Positions 38,205 through 47,143 of a DNA stretch of 64,000 nucleotides are shown piece by piece. Each line of letters starts with the position of its first letter. The stretch's first letter is position 1. The stretch is from NCBI GenBank assembly GCA_038227875.1, contig JBBRPR010000002.1, forward strand, positions 160,001-224,000. Direction: 5' to 3'. The stretch comes from Planctomycetota bacterium (GTDB lineage Bacteria > Planctomycetota > SZUA-567 > H5-PLA8). Under the pieces are notes generated by a model that did no database searches, was not told the origin of the DNA, and saw nothing but the letters and a program-made list of their open reading frames with translations. The position numbers and the translations under genes were made by a program.

Positions 38205-39293
38205 TCACTTCGCCGGCATCGTGGTATTCGTGGGCTTCGTGTCCTTGTTGAACAGCGGCTGTAGCTCCTTGACCATGCCGTCGATTTTGTCGAGCGTGTC
38301 GAGATAGGTCTTGCGCTTCTCCGGATCGACGTACTTCATGCCGTCGAGCTGCGAGCGGCCATTGGAAGCTTCGTCCTGCGCTTCCTTCATGAAGCCGAGC
38401 ATGCGGGCGCGCTGGGTTTCGAGGCTGTGGAGCGTGTATTCGGCGTTGCGGCGCAGGTCGTCGAAGGAATTCTCTTCCTTCTGCTTCATGATCTCGGCGC
38501 GCTTGGTGGGATCTTCCGGGAGCTTCTCGGGCTCGGCTTCAATCTGGCGCAGAGCCGACGCCGCGCGGAGCATCACCTCCGGGCGGTCGTCTTCTTCGAT
38601 CTGGTAGAGCGCTTCGGTGGCGGGGCGTCCGAAGGCGACCACGGCCTTTTCGGCCGCGCCGCGCTTTTCGATGTCTTCGCTCTGCAGATCGACCATCGCG
38701 GCGGCGATCTTCTTGCCGACATCGTTGGGATCGTAAGTCATACCCTGAATGTAAACGGCGCCTTGCTGCTTCTCGCCGGAGAAAAGCAGCACGTCAACGG
38801 CGCGAATGTCTTCGACCGAAGCGACGGGCACTTCGAACTTCCAGCCGCTGGCTTCCGTCTTCCAGACTTTCTCGCCGACGGCGAATTCGACTTTGTTCCA
38901 GCCTTTTTTGAGCGTCAGGATTTTCGATTCGTGCCACTGGTACGACGCGGTGGTGCAGAGCGCCAGGCCCAGCTGCGGCGGTTTCTCGTCGTCGCTATAG
39001 ATGGAGAAGGAAATTTTGCCTTTCGGATCGATGCCGAAGCAGGTCATGTGCTTGAACGCGGTCTTGTCCTTGGTGCCGCCGCCGAAGACCAGCTTGAGCA
39101 GCTTGCGCGCGTCGGTGGAGCCGCGTTCGACGGTGCCGGTGTTGCCCCAGCCTTCCAGCGACCAGGCGCAGCGTTCCATGCCCGGTTTTGGATTGTCCGG
39201 ATTCTGCGGCACGTCGAGTCCGAAAACCGGCGCGGCCAGTACGAGCGCCGTGATGAGCAAGGCAGTGCGGGGGATATGGGCATGTGTTTTCAC
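38205..39293 (-). CDS. Secreted hypothetical protein: galactose-binding-like beta domain, HEAT-like unit and coiled coil
   Basis: Signal peptide; LKKGWNKVEF beta-sandwich pattern; DLQSEDIEKRGAAEKAVVAFG HEAT-like helix pair. AGGAGG precedes the GTG. Confidence 0.75.
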   Translation of the reverse strand: MKTHAHIPRTALLITALVLAAPVFGLDVPQNPDNPKPGMERCAWSLEGWGNTGTVERGSTDARKLLKLVFGGGTKDKTAFKHMTCFGIDPKGKISFSIYSDDEKPPQLGLALCTTASYQWHESKILTLKKGWNKVEFAVGEKVWKTEASGWKFEVPVASVEDIRAVDVLLFSGEKQQGAVYIQGMTYDPNDVGKKIAAAMVDLQSEDIEKRGAAEKAVVAFGRPATEALYQIEEDDRPEVMLRAASALRQIEAEPEKLPEDPTKRAEIMKQKEENSFDDLRRNAEYTLHSLETQRARMLGFMKEAQDEASNGRSQLDGMKYVDPEKRKTYLDTLDKIDGMVKELQPLFNKDTKPTNTTMPAK

Positions 39294-39416
39294 AAAGGAC
39301 CTCCTGTAACTAATACTCCCCGGACCTGCTTCCGTTTAAACCGCAATCGTGCAGGGCACGTCACCGTGCGAATCGTCCCGTAGTGAACCGTCCGGGTTCA
39401 AAACTCGGTCCAGATC

Positions 39417-40493
39417 TTACGAGCGCATCAACCCGAACTTGCCTTCCGTCCACCCTTTAAGCACATGCTTCAAGAGCAGCTCGCGAGCAGGCGCGGCGGA
39501 TTTTTCGGTCAGGCGCGCCAGCGCCGTCTTCACCTCCGCGGCGACTTCGCGTTCGAGGGATGCGGCGGCGGCGTCATCCATCAGCGAGGCTTCCGTGAGC
39601 AGGCTGCGGAAAATGCGCAGCGGATCGCGCATATTTTTGATCTCCGCGGCGGCGTCGCTCGACGGTGCGGTGCCGGTGGCCAGCGCCTTGCTCGCTTTCG
39701 GTGCGGCGGGGACTGCCGCTTCGATCAGCGTCGCGCCTTTGCTCTCGCGGGCGCGGTTGAGCGCGGCGGTCACAGCCATGCGCACGTCGGAGACGTTCGA
39801 GCCGTCGACGAGCACGCCGTCGACGCCGTAGTGCTGCGCCTGATTCAAGACGCGCCCGCGGTTGCTGCTGCGCGGCGTTTCGATTTCGGGAAAGACGTAG
39901 ACGATCGGCAGCTTCCACGCCGTGGTGAGATTCAGCGACTCGTGGAACGAACCTTTCGCCAGATCGTTGGGCGTGCAGAAACAGAGCACCGCCTGAGTCT
40001 GGCGGTTCAAACGCGACGCCAGTCCCGCACCGATGGCCAGCGCCATGCCGCCATTGAGGACCGCGCTGGCCGTGGACGGGGCCGGGATTGTGGAGGGCGG
40101 GGGAGTTGCGCCATTCGTGTGCGCTTCGGAACGCGCCGGCGGCAGCCATTCAGAAACGGCGGCGGCGACCGAGCCGGTGCGCGCGATGATCAGGCCGTGG
40201 CGCCATTCATCGCTGAAGACGAAATCATCGGGCTTCAACACGGAGCACGCGGCGACGGCGATGGCTTCGCGGCCGGGCGCGGGCGGCACGGGCGCGCCGT
40301 CCTTGCGCGTGAGACGGATCAGCGCTTCGTCGAGGCGGCGGATCGTGAGCATGCGGCGGAAGATCAGCGCCGCTTCATCGTCGGAAAAGTCGAGCGCCGT
40401 GACGAAGAGGCTGCCCACGGCTTTCGCACGCGAGACGCGGCTGGGCAGCCGCGGTTTGCGTGGAGACTTTTTCTTTGAGCTCGCGGCCGCCAT
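39417..40493 (-). CDS. Degenerate 2-oxoacid dehydrogenase E1-alpha-like protein
   Basis: RRMLTIRRLDE, GREAIAVA, FHESLNLTTAWKLPIVYV, VDGSNVSDV...GATLIEA and RDPL align with PdhA, but the GDG/NN and YRxxGH motifs are absent. Confidence 0.8.
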   Translation of the reverse strand: MAAASSKKKSPRKPRLPSRVSRAKAVGSLFVTALDFSDDEAALIFRRMLTIRRLDEALIRLTRKDGAPVPPAPGREAIAVAACSVLKPDDFVFSDEWRHGLIIARTGSVAAAVSEWLPPARSEAHTNGATPPPSTIPAPSTASAVLNGGMALAIGAGLASRLNRQTQAVLCFCTPNDLAKGSFHESLNLTTAWKLPIVYVFPEIETPRSSNRGRVLNQAQHYGVDGVLVDGSNVSDVRMAVTAALNRARESKGATLIEAAVPAAPKASKALATGTAPSSDAAAEIKNMRDPLRIFRSLLTEASLMDDAAAASLEREVAAEVKTALARLTEKSAAPARELLLKHVLKGWTEGKFGLMRS

Positions 40494-40516
40494 CGAAAAA
40501 TTCCTGTTCTGCTGAC

Positions 40517-41431
40517 TTACAATCGAATCGTCTGTCTCGACTTCTTTGCCGCGTGGTGCGTGAAGGCTTTCGGCAGTTCGTTGATCAGGTCGCTGGCGAT
40601 CAGCGACCACACGCCCAGCTTCGACGCCACAACGTCGCCGGCAAAGCCATGAAGATACACGCCCAGGCACGCGGCTTCGAATGTTTTCAAGCCCTGCCCG
40701 ATCAGCGCGGCAATTATCCCGGTCAGCACATCGCCGGTGCCGCCGGTGGCCATGCCGGGATTGCCGGTGGAATTTTGATACAGGCGCTCGCCGTCGCAGA
40801 CGAGTGTAATCGCGCCTTTCAGCACGACCACCGCGCCGGACAGCCTGGCGCATTCCAGCGCCGCTTTGGCGCGATCGGCTTGCACGGCGGCGATGCTCGT
40901 TTTCAGCAGCCGCGCCATTTCACCGGGATGGGGCGTCAGCACGAATTGCGCGTTCGGGCGCTTGAGCTTCTCGACGCGGCCGTCGGCGAAGGCGTTCAGT
41001 CCATCGGCGTCGAGCACCGTTGGCTGCAGCACGCGGGTCGCGAACTCGCGTATCTCCTCGAGCGTGTCGGCGTGGCTGGCCATCCCCGGCCCGCAGACGA
41101 AGACGTCGGCCCACTCGTCGGCGCCGCCCAATTTTCGCAGCGACTTCTTGGTGATCGCGCCGGAGGCGTTTTCGTTCAGACCGTTGGTCACGCATTCGTA
41201 GGTCTTGATCGCGACGATATCCCAGATCGAGGCTGGCACGGCGATGCGCACCAATCCCGCGCCGGAACGGTACGCGGCGCGAGCCGAAAGGCACGGCGCA
41301 CCGGACATGCCGCGCGAGCCGCCGATAATCGTGATTTTGCCGCAGTCGCCCTTGTTCGCGTCGTCCGCGCGCATGGGTAGCGGCGGAACGGACACGACTT
41401 TCTTGAGGCTGGCGACGTCGGCCGCGGGCAT
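40517..41431 (-). CDS. nnrD: ADP-dependent NAD(P)H-hydrate dehydratase (stand-alone)
   Basis: NKGDCG..IIGGS, GAGLV, VLDADGLN, LTPHPGEMARL, MATGGTGDVLTG. Confidence 0.92.
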   Translation of the reverse strand: MPAADVASLKKVVSVPPLPMRADDANKGDCGKITIIGGSRGMSGAPCLSARAAYRSGAGLVRIAVPASIWDIVAIKTYECVTNGLNENASGAITKKSLRKLGGADEWADVFVCGPGMASHADTLEEIREFATRVLQPTVLDADGLNAFADGRVEKLKRPNAQFVLTPHPGEMARLLKTSIAAVQADRAKAALECARLSGAVVVLKGAITLVCDGERLYQNSTGNPGMATGGTGDVLTGIIAALIGQGLKTFEAACLGVYLHGFAGDVVASKLGVWSLIASDLINELPKAFTHHAAKKSRQTIRL

Positions 41432-41437
41432 GGTCGG

Positions 41438-42091
41438 TTAGACGCCGCGCGCCGCGCGGATGGCGGCGGTGAAGTGCTTGGCGACTTCCGTCATGCCGGC
41501 CCAGTCCTTGGCCTGCAGGCGTTTCTGATCGAAGAGCGCGCCGCCGGCTCCGACCGCGAAGGCGCCGGCCTTCAGGAATTCCCCGACGTTGCGTTCATCG
41601 ACGCCGCCGGTCGGCATCAGCGGGATGCTCGGGTACGGTCCGCGCAGGCTGCGGATGTACGCCGGGCCGCCCACGTTGGCCGGGAAAATTTTGACTGCAT
41701 CCGCGCCCATGTCCCACGCGCGCAGCACTTCCGTCGGCGTCAGCGCGCCGGGGAGCATCGGGACGCCCAGCCGCTTGGCCGCGCCGATCACCTTTTCATC
41801 GGTGTTCGGAGCGATCAGGTAGGTCGCGCCCGCGTCGACGGCATCTTCGGCCTGTTCGGGGGTCAGGACAGTGCCGGCGCCCAGCAGCACGCTTTCGCCC
41901 AGATCGTGTTTGACGCGGCGAATCACACTCGGCGCACCGGGCACGGTGAAGGTTACTTCGACGGCGCGAATGCCGCCTTCGACGACCGCGCGAATGCCGT
42001 TGACGGCCTCGTCTTCCGTCTCGCAGCGGACGACCAGGACGCAGCCAAGTTCGCCAATCCGTTTGAGAATCGCTTTACCGTTTCCGCTCAT
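41438..42091 (-). CDS. eda: KDPG/KHG aldolase
   Basis: VEVTF, LGAGTVL, PGALTPTE, VKIFPA, MPTGGV. Confidence 0.92.
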   Translation of the reverse strand: MSGNGKAILKRIGELGCVLVVRCETEDEAVNGIRAVVEGGIRAVEVTFTVPGAPSVIRRVKHDLGESVLLGAGTVLTPEQAEDAVDAGATYLIAPNTDEKVIGAAKRLGVPMLPGALTPTEVLRAWDMGADAVKIFPANVGGPAYIRSLRGPYPSIPLMPTGGVDERNVGEFLKAGAFAVGAGGALFDQKRLQAKDWAGMTEVAKHFTAAIRAARGV

Positions 42092-42212
42092 GGGCGTCTC
42101 CTCGTGGGGTGGGGTGCAGGCGGTACTTTTACCACAGGGCTGACGCTGTGAGTAGCGTTGAATTTTCGCGATCCTGCGACAGCGCATGAGCAAGGAAATT
42201 CAGCCCAACCAC

Positions 42213-42241
42213 TTGACTTAGTGTCAATAATACACTATAGT
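42213..42241 (+). promoter_or_regulatory. Sigma-70 promoter overlapped by two palindromes
   Basis: TTGACT-N17-TATAGT; TTGAC-N5-GTCAA covers the -35 and CACTATAGTG covers the -10; AAGGAG RBS follows. Confidence 0.7.
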
Positions 42242-42270
42242 GAAAGTGGATACTTAAGGAGACGAAGATC

Positions 42271-43524
42271 ATGCTTGGACTACGAACGATCAAACAAGGC
42301 GACAAGGTCATGGTGTGGAGCAAATCGGGGCGCGCGGAGATTGTCGACGGGCCGCGGCGCATGCTGCTGATCGGCCAGACGGTCGAACCCCTGCGGCGCG
42401 TCTCGGCGACGCCGTCTCAATACCTGGTCGTGCGCTTTAAAGATGGGCGCAAGGAACACGTCCGCGGACCGGCTTCGGTCTGGTTCGATCCGATTCAACA
42501 CGACGCCATTGCCGTGGAAGAGGCCATTGCCATTGACGGCAACGAAGCGCTGGTGGTCTACCGCCAGGATGCGCAGACCGTCGCCCGCCGCGTGGTGAAA
42601 GGGCCAGAATTATTTGTGCCGCAGGCGAACGAGTGGTTGCATCAGTTCTCCTGGCACGGCACTGCGCCGGTGGCAGCGGGAGTGGGAGGCACGCGCGGCG
42701 GCACCGCCGGCGGCGTGATCCACCGCAAGATTCCCTCGGCGCTCAAGTTTTTCAAACTGCGCGTCATTCCCGATCAGCTCTACTTCGACGTGGAAGACGT
42801 ACGCACGGCCGACGACGCCCTGCTGCTGGTCAAGCTGATGCTCTTCTTTGAGCTCACCGACTTCGACGTGATGCTCGACCAGACGCACGACCCGATCGCC
42901 GACTTCATCAACGCGGTCAACGCGGACATCGTCGATTTCGTCGCGGCGCATACGTTCGACGCGTTCAAAGAGCAGACCGAGCGGCTGAACGACCTGGCCA
43001 CGTACCCGCAACTGGCGCAGCGCGCGGAGCGGATCGGGTATCGCATCAACAAGGTGATCTACCGCGGTTACCACGCCAGCGAAAAGCTGCAGACCATGCA
43101 CGACGATGCGATCGAGATGCGCACCAAGCTGCGTCTGGAAGCGGAGACGGAAAATCAGGCGCAGACGCTCGCTGACCTGAAACTGCAGCGCGAAACCGTC
43201 CGCTCAGTCCAGCGCCGCGAGTTGGAGACCGAAGACGCCGCACATGCCAATCACATGCTCAAACTCAAGCACGACGAACTCCTCCGCCAGCGCGAATCGG
43301 ATCGCGAACAGGAATTGAAAACCAAACGCCTGAGCTACGAACTGGAGACCGAGCACCAGCGGGCGCTCAACGGCGAGCGCGCGGCATTTCTGACCACGAT
43401 GAAGACAATGCAGGTGGACCTCACGAAGTACCTGGTCGCTCAGTATCAGAACCCCGATCGTGTTATCCGCGTGGATAGCAACGGAAACGGAAAGACGCCA
43501 CCGCAGTTGCATCTGCATGAGTGA
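42271..43524 (+). CDS. Compact major-vault-protein-like protein (beta repeats, SPFH-type shoulder, coiled coil)
   Basis: Three G.....V.GP repeat units, then IDGNEALVVY...RRVVKGPELF, IPDQLYFDVEDVRTADDALL, DPIADFINAV...TFDAFK and a long charged helix. No TM. Confidence 0.7.
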   Translation: MLGLRTIKQGDKVMVWSKSGRAEIVDGPRRMLLIGQTVEPLRRVSATPSQYLVVRFKDGRKEHVRGPASVWFDPIQHDAIAVEEAIAIDGNEALVVYRQDAQTVARRVVKGPELFVPQANEWLHQFSWHGTAPVAAGVGGTRGGTAGGVIHRKIPSALKFFKLRVIPDQLYFDVEDVRTADDALLLVKLMLFFELTDFDVMLDQTHDPIADFINAVNADIVDFVAAHTFDAFKEQTERLNDLATYPQLAQRAERIGYRINKVIYRGYHASEKLQTMHDDAIEMRTKLRLEAETENQAQTLADLKLQRETVRSVQRRELETEDAAHANHMLKLKHDELLRQRESDREQELKTKRLSYELETEHQRALNGERAAFLTTMKTMQVDLTKYLVAQYQNPDRVIRVDSNGNGKTPPQLHLHE

Positions 43525-43554
43525 GTTGGGTGACGACGGCGCACGCTCGCGGAA

Positions 43555-45339
43555 TCAGGACGCGCCTTTGGATTGCAACACGAGGTCGTCGCAAAACAAT
43601 TTTTGCAGCCCTGCATAGCCCACGGGCGGATCCTTCTGCCAGGGGATCAGCGCGGTACGATGGGCCTGATCGTGGCTGACTTCAAGAATATAGGGATGTT
43701 CACACTGCTGGCGCTCCACCAGCAGCGGATCGGTCAGTTGCAGCGGGGCGAGGCTTTGGTTGACGACCCAGGCGTACGGTTCAATGCCCGCCCGGCGCAG
43801 ATCTTTTTGAAGCTGCGCGGCTTCGTGAACTGGCGTGGCCTCGGGCAGGGTCACAATCAAGACACGCGTGAATTCAGGATCGCGCAGCCGTGGCAGCAGT
43901 TGCTCCACCGATTCGGGCATCTTGCTAGCCTGGCGCGTGACTTCCCGGTGATACGCCAGCGCCGCATCCAGCAGCAGCACGGTGTGGCCCGTCGGCGCGG
44001 TATCGAGCACGACAAACCGATCTTTTCCAGCGGCCACCGCATCGGCGAAGGCGCGAAAGACGGCGATTTCCTCCGTGCAGGGCGAGCGCAGATCTTCAGC
44101 GAGCAGCGCCTGGCCCTGCTCGTCCAAACCGGCTCCCGCCGTTTGCATGACTTCGGCCGAATAGCGTGCTGTCTCCGCCTTCGGATCGATGCGGCTGACG
44201 GAGATGTTGGGATGAACATCACTGGCGATCGTAGCGACCACGTGCGCGGCGGGATCGGTGGTAGTCAGCAGGACGTGATGCCCCAGACGCGCGAGTTCGA
44301 TGGCGATGCCGGCGGCCACCGTGGTTTTTCCCACGCCGCCTTTTCCCATGGTGAGGATCACCCCGTGCCGATGCGCCGTCAGGCCGCCCATAAGCGCGCT
44401 CAGTCCGGCCGGCAGGTGAATTGCAGTCGTTTGAATCGTCTGATCACTTCCAAGGGGTGAAATTTCCCCAATGGTGCGAAGGGCCGCGATGCCGAGGAGT
44501 CCGTGCCTGGATAAAGGAATCAGCGTTCGTGGAAGATCGCGGAGCGCGTCCGGGAGATTGGCTAACGCCAATGCACCCCGCCGCTCCATCGCCACGGCCA
44601 CGGCGTCATTCTGATCGGTCGCATGAAAGACGGCGTTGACCAGCAGATGTTGATTCGTGACGTGAAGTGCAGACAGTTCCGCGCTGGTTCGTGCCGCCTC
44701 GCGCAGCGCGCTGGCCTCCGGGCGGGCGACCAGCACCAGTGTCGTCGACTTTGGATTGGCCAAGGCCTCGACGGTCTGACGGTACAGCGTCTGCTCCGCC
44801 TGCAACCCCGCCAGCGGTCCAAGACAGGATGTCCCGGTGGTATTGGTTTTCATGAACCCGGACCATGCAGAAGGCAGGGTCAGGAGCCGCAGCGTGTGTC
44901 CGGTGGGAGCCGTATCAAACAAGACGTGATCAAAGTTTGCTGTCGCAGACGGATCGCCGAGCAGGTGCGAGAACTCGTCGAACGCCGCAATTTCCAGCGT
45001 GCACGATCCTGAGAATTGCTCCTCCATGCTTTTCACGGCTGCAGCCGGAAGGAGCGCGCGGTATGGGCCGACCATCTTTTCCCGATACGCAGCCGCGGAT
45101 GCTTCGGGATCGAGATTCATCGCAAAGAGTCGCGGCACCGCTGCGATGGGCGTGGGTTGGGGACCGAGTTTCACGCCCAGCACTTCATCCAGGTTGGACG
45201 CCGGATCGGTGGAGACCAGCAGCACGCGCTTTCCCGCGTCGGCCAATCGCACCGCGCTGGCACAGGCCAGGGAGGTCTTGCCGACTCCGCCTTTGCCGGT
45301 GAAAAATAAATGACGCGTGGGATTCTGAATCAAGTCCAT
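43555..45339 (-). CDS. arsA: Arsenical pump-driving ATPase
   Basis: Two GKGGVGKT Walker A motifs, two DTAPTGH motifs, and metalloid-binding Cys in SGSCT, SCLGP and RSPCTEE. Confidence 0.95.
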   Translation of the reverse strand: MDLIQNPTRHLFFTGKGGVGKTSLACASAVRLADAGKRVLLVSTDPASNLDEVLGVKLGPQPTPIAAVPRLFAMNLDPEASAAAYREKMVGPYRALLPAAAVKSMEEQFSGSCTLEIAAFDEFSHLLGDPSATANFDHVLFDTAPTGHTLRLLTLPSAWSGFMKTNTTGTSCLGPLAGLQAEQTLYRQTVEALANPKSTTLVLVARPEASALREAARTSAELSALHVTNQHLLVNAVFHATDQNDAVAVAMERRGALALANLPDALRDLPRTLIPLSRHGLLGIAALRTIGEISPLGSDQTIQTTAIHLPAGLSALMGGLTAHRHGVILTMGKGGVGKTTVAAGIAIELARLGHHVLLTTTDPAAHVVATIASDVHPNISVSRIDPKAETARYSAEVMQTAGAGLDEQGQALLAEDLRSPCTEEIAVFRAFADAVAAGKDRFVVLDTAPTGHTVLLLDAALAYHREVTRQASKMPESVEQLLPRLRDPEFTRVLIVTLPEATPVHEAAQLQKDLRRAGIEPYAWVVNQSLAPLQLTDPLLVERQQCEHPYILEVSHDQAHRTALIPWQKDPPVGYAGLQKLFCDDLVLQSKGAS

Positions 45340-45364
45340 GGTGATTGCCCTCGAGCGGGTGCGT

Positions 45365-45727
45365 TCAAGCGCAGCTGGACCCGCCACAGCAGGGACTTGG
45401 TTTCACTGCAGCCGCGGCGTAGACGTTGCCGGTAGTCCACAGTTGCAGTGTTTCGCGCGATGGATACGTGCTCTTACTGACCAGCTCTCCATTTAGAATA
45501 ATCAACGGCAGGCAATCGATGCCTTCCGTCTCCAACAGACGATGAACGGCAGGGTTCCCGGTGAAGGCTGTGGGATTCTGAGCCAGATTGTAACGTTCAA
45601 CCGTGTGCCCTTGAGCTTTGAGCCATTCCAAATCAGCTGCGAAGCGGGGCAGCACAGGATCGACCTGGGGCCCGCAGACGCCGCTCGAACAGCACATGGG
45701 CTTGTCATAAATCTGAAGAGTGATCAT
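45365..45727 (-). CDS. arsD: Arsenite metallochaperone
   Basis: YDKPMCCSSGVCGP..DP.L.RF, RYNLAQNP.AF, C-terminal CC. Confidence 0.95.
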   Translation of the reverse strand: MITLQIYDKPMCCSSGVCGPQVDPVLPRFAADLEWLKAQGHTVERYNLAQNPTAFTGNPAVHRLLETEGIDCLPLIILNGELVSKSTYPSRETLQLWTTGNVYAAAAVKPSPCCGGSSCA

Positions 45728-46889
45728 GGGCGGTCTCCTCAACATTCGAATCGTCGTTCAACTGATTAAACGGATGCGCGGCATCCGTCGAAACAGCAGA
45801 CTGCGGCATGCGGCCAGCGAAGGATTGATTCTGGTACGAATGCATTTTCAGCACCAGGGTGCTGCGGGCGATTTTCAGAATCTTGGCCGCCTCCGTTTTA
45901 TTCTGGTAGCACTTCTTCATCACGCCCAGGATGTGCCGCATTTCCACGTCCTGCAGCGAGTCCGACTTTTCGTCGGGCAGATTACAGACGAAGGGAATGC
46001 CCAGTTCCTCGGCTTGAATTTCACGGCCCTCGGCGAAGATCAACGCCTGTTCAATCAACGCGCGCAATTCACGGACATTCCCCGGCCAATTGTAGGCCAG
46101 TAAGACGCGTTCGGCCGCGGGCGAAAACGTATGCATGGCCTTGCCTTGCGGATTCAGAAAGTGATGCGCCAGCGGCAGGATATCTTCATGCCGTTGGCGT
46201 AGAGGTGGAACGTTCAGCGTGATGGTGGCGACCCGGTAGAACAGATCTTCGCGGAAGGTCTTGGCCCTGATGCATTCGCGGAGATCCTTGTTGGAAGCGC
46301 AGATGATCCGCGGGCTGACCTGCACATCCCGGTCGCAGCCCACGGGATGAATGATTTTTTCCTGGATCGCGCGCAACAGTTTCGTCTGCAGGTCGAATTC
46401 CAGATCGGCAATCTCGTCGAGGAAAAGCGTGCCCTGGTCGGCTTCGACAAACGAGCCATGGCGTTCGTGGTCGGCGCCCGTGAATGCACCGCGTTTGTGC
46501 CCGAACATCTCCGATTCAAAGAGATTGGCGGGTATCGCCGAGCAGTTTCGCGCGACGAAGGCCTTGCCCGCGCGCGCCGATTCCCGATGCAGCAGCAGTG
46601 CGATGCACTCCTTGCCGCTACCGGTTTCGCCTTGAATGAGAATCGACGCATCGCTGGCCGCGGCTTTCTTCGCGCGCTCAATTAAATTCAGCATGCAGGG
46701 GGAGACGGCGATCAGCTCCCCGCTGGATTGTGCACCTGGATTGACCGGCAGTCGCGGTTCGGACTTGGAATGCCGGTGGGTGGCGGGCTCCACGTCCACG
46801 CGCTGCACCGGCGAATTTCGTTCCACGTCGGGCTTAAAATCGGGTAATCGCCGTGTCCGTGGTGTGGCGATCGACTGTGTAGGCAACAT
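45705..46889 (-). CDS. Sigma-54-dependent enhancer-binding protein without recognisable sensory domain
   Basis: GETGSGKE, SEMFGHKRGAFTGA, FLDEIAD, FREDLFYR, WPGNVREL and a Fis-type HTH (NKTEAAKILKIARSTL). GGAGG RBS. Confidence 0.9.
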   Translation of the reverse strand: MLPTQSIATPRTRRLPDFKPDVERNSPVQRVDVEPATHRHSKSEPRLPVNPGAQSSGELIAVSPCMLNLIERAKKAAASDASILIQGETGSGKECIALLLHRESARAGKAFVARNCSAIPANLFESEMFGHKRGAFTGADHERHGSFVEADQGTLFLDEIADLEFDLQTKLLRAIQEKIIHPVGCDRDVQVSPRIICASNKDLRECIRAKTFREDLFYRVATITLNVPPLRQRHEDILPLAHHFLNPQGKAMHTFSPAAERVLLAYNWPGNVRELRALIEQALIFAEGREIQAEELGIPFVCNLPDEKSDSLQDVEMRHILGVMKKCYQNKTEAAKILKIARSTLVLKMHSYQNQSFAGRMPQSAVSTDAAHPFNQLNDDSNVEETAHDHSSDL

Positions 46890-46977
46890 CGCTGCCTCCC
46901 TCCGCCTTTGGCGCTCATAAGATCGACGATTCGATAGACGTACACATCTGCAATCACAATGTAACGGAAATAAATGC

Positions 46978-46993
46978 CGCATCGGCCATGCCA
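46978..46993 (-). promoter_or_regulatory. Possible sigma-54 promoter for the activator-arsD-arsA unit
   Basis: Minus strand TGGCATGGCCGATGCG (GG-N10-GC), about 90 nt upstream of the ATG at 46889. Confidence 0.45.
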
Positions 46994-47143
46994 CGATCGC
47001 AAAGATTGTGGAATCGCACAAGTGGCGTAGTCGTTCAGTCTTGTGTCTTAACAGGTTTTCATTCTAGAAGAGTACTTGTACTAATTCTGGAATTTCATTC
47101 CACGATATGCGAATTTTGACTCTGTTTTACGGGTAATCCCGCA

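Noticed and set aside
40494..40853. N-terminal 120 aa of the 478-aa ORF 39417-40853
   Set aside because: It overlaps nnrD in another frame; E1-alpha similarity begins only after the ATG at 40493.
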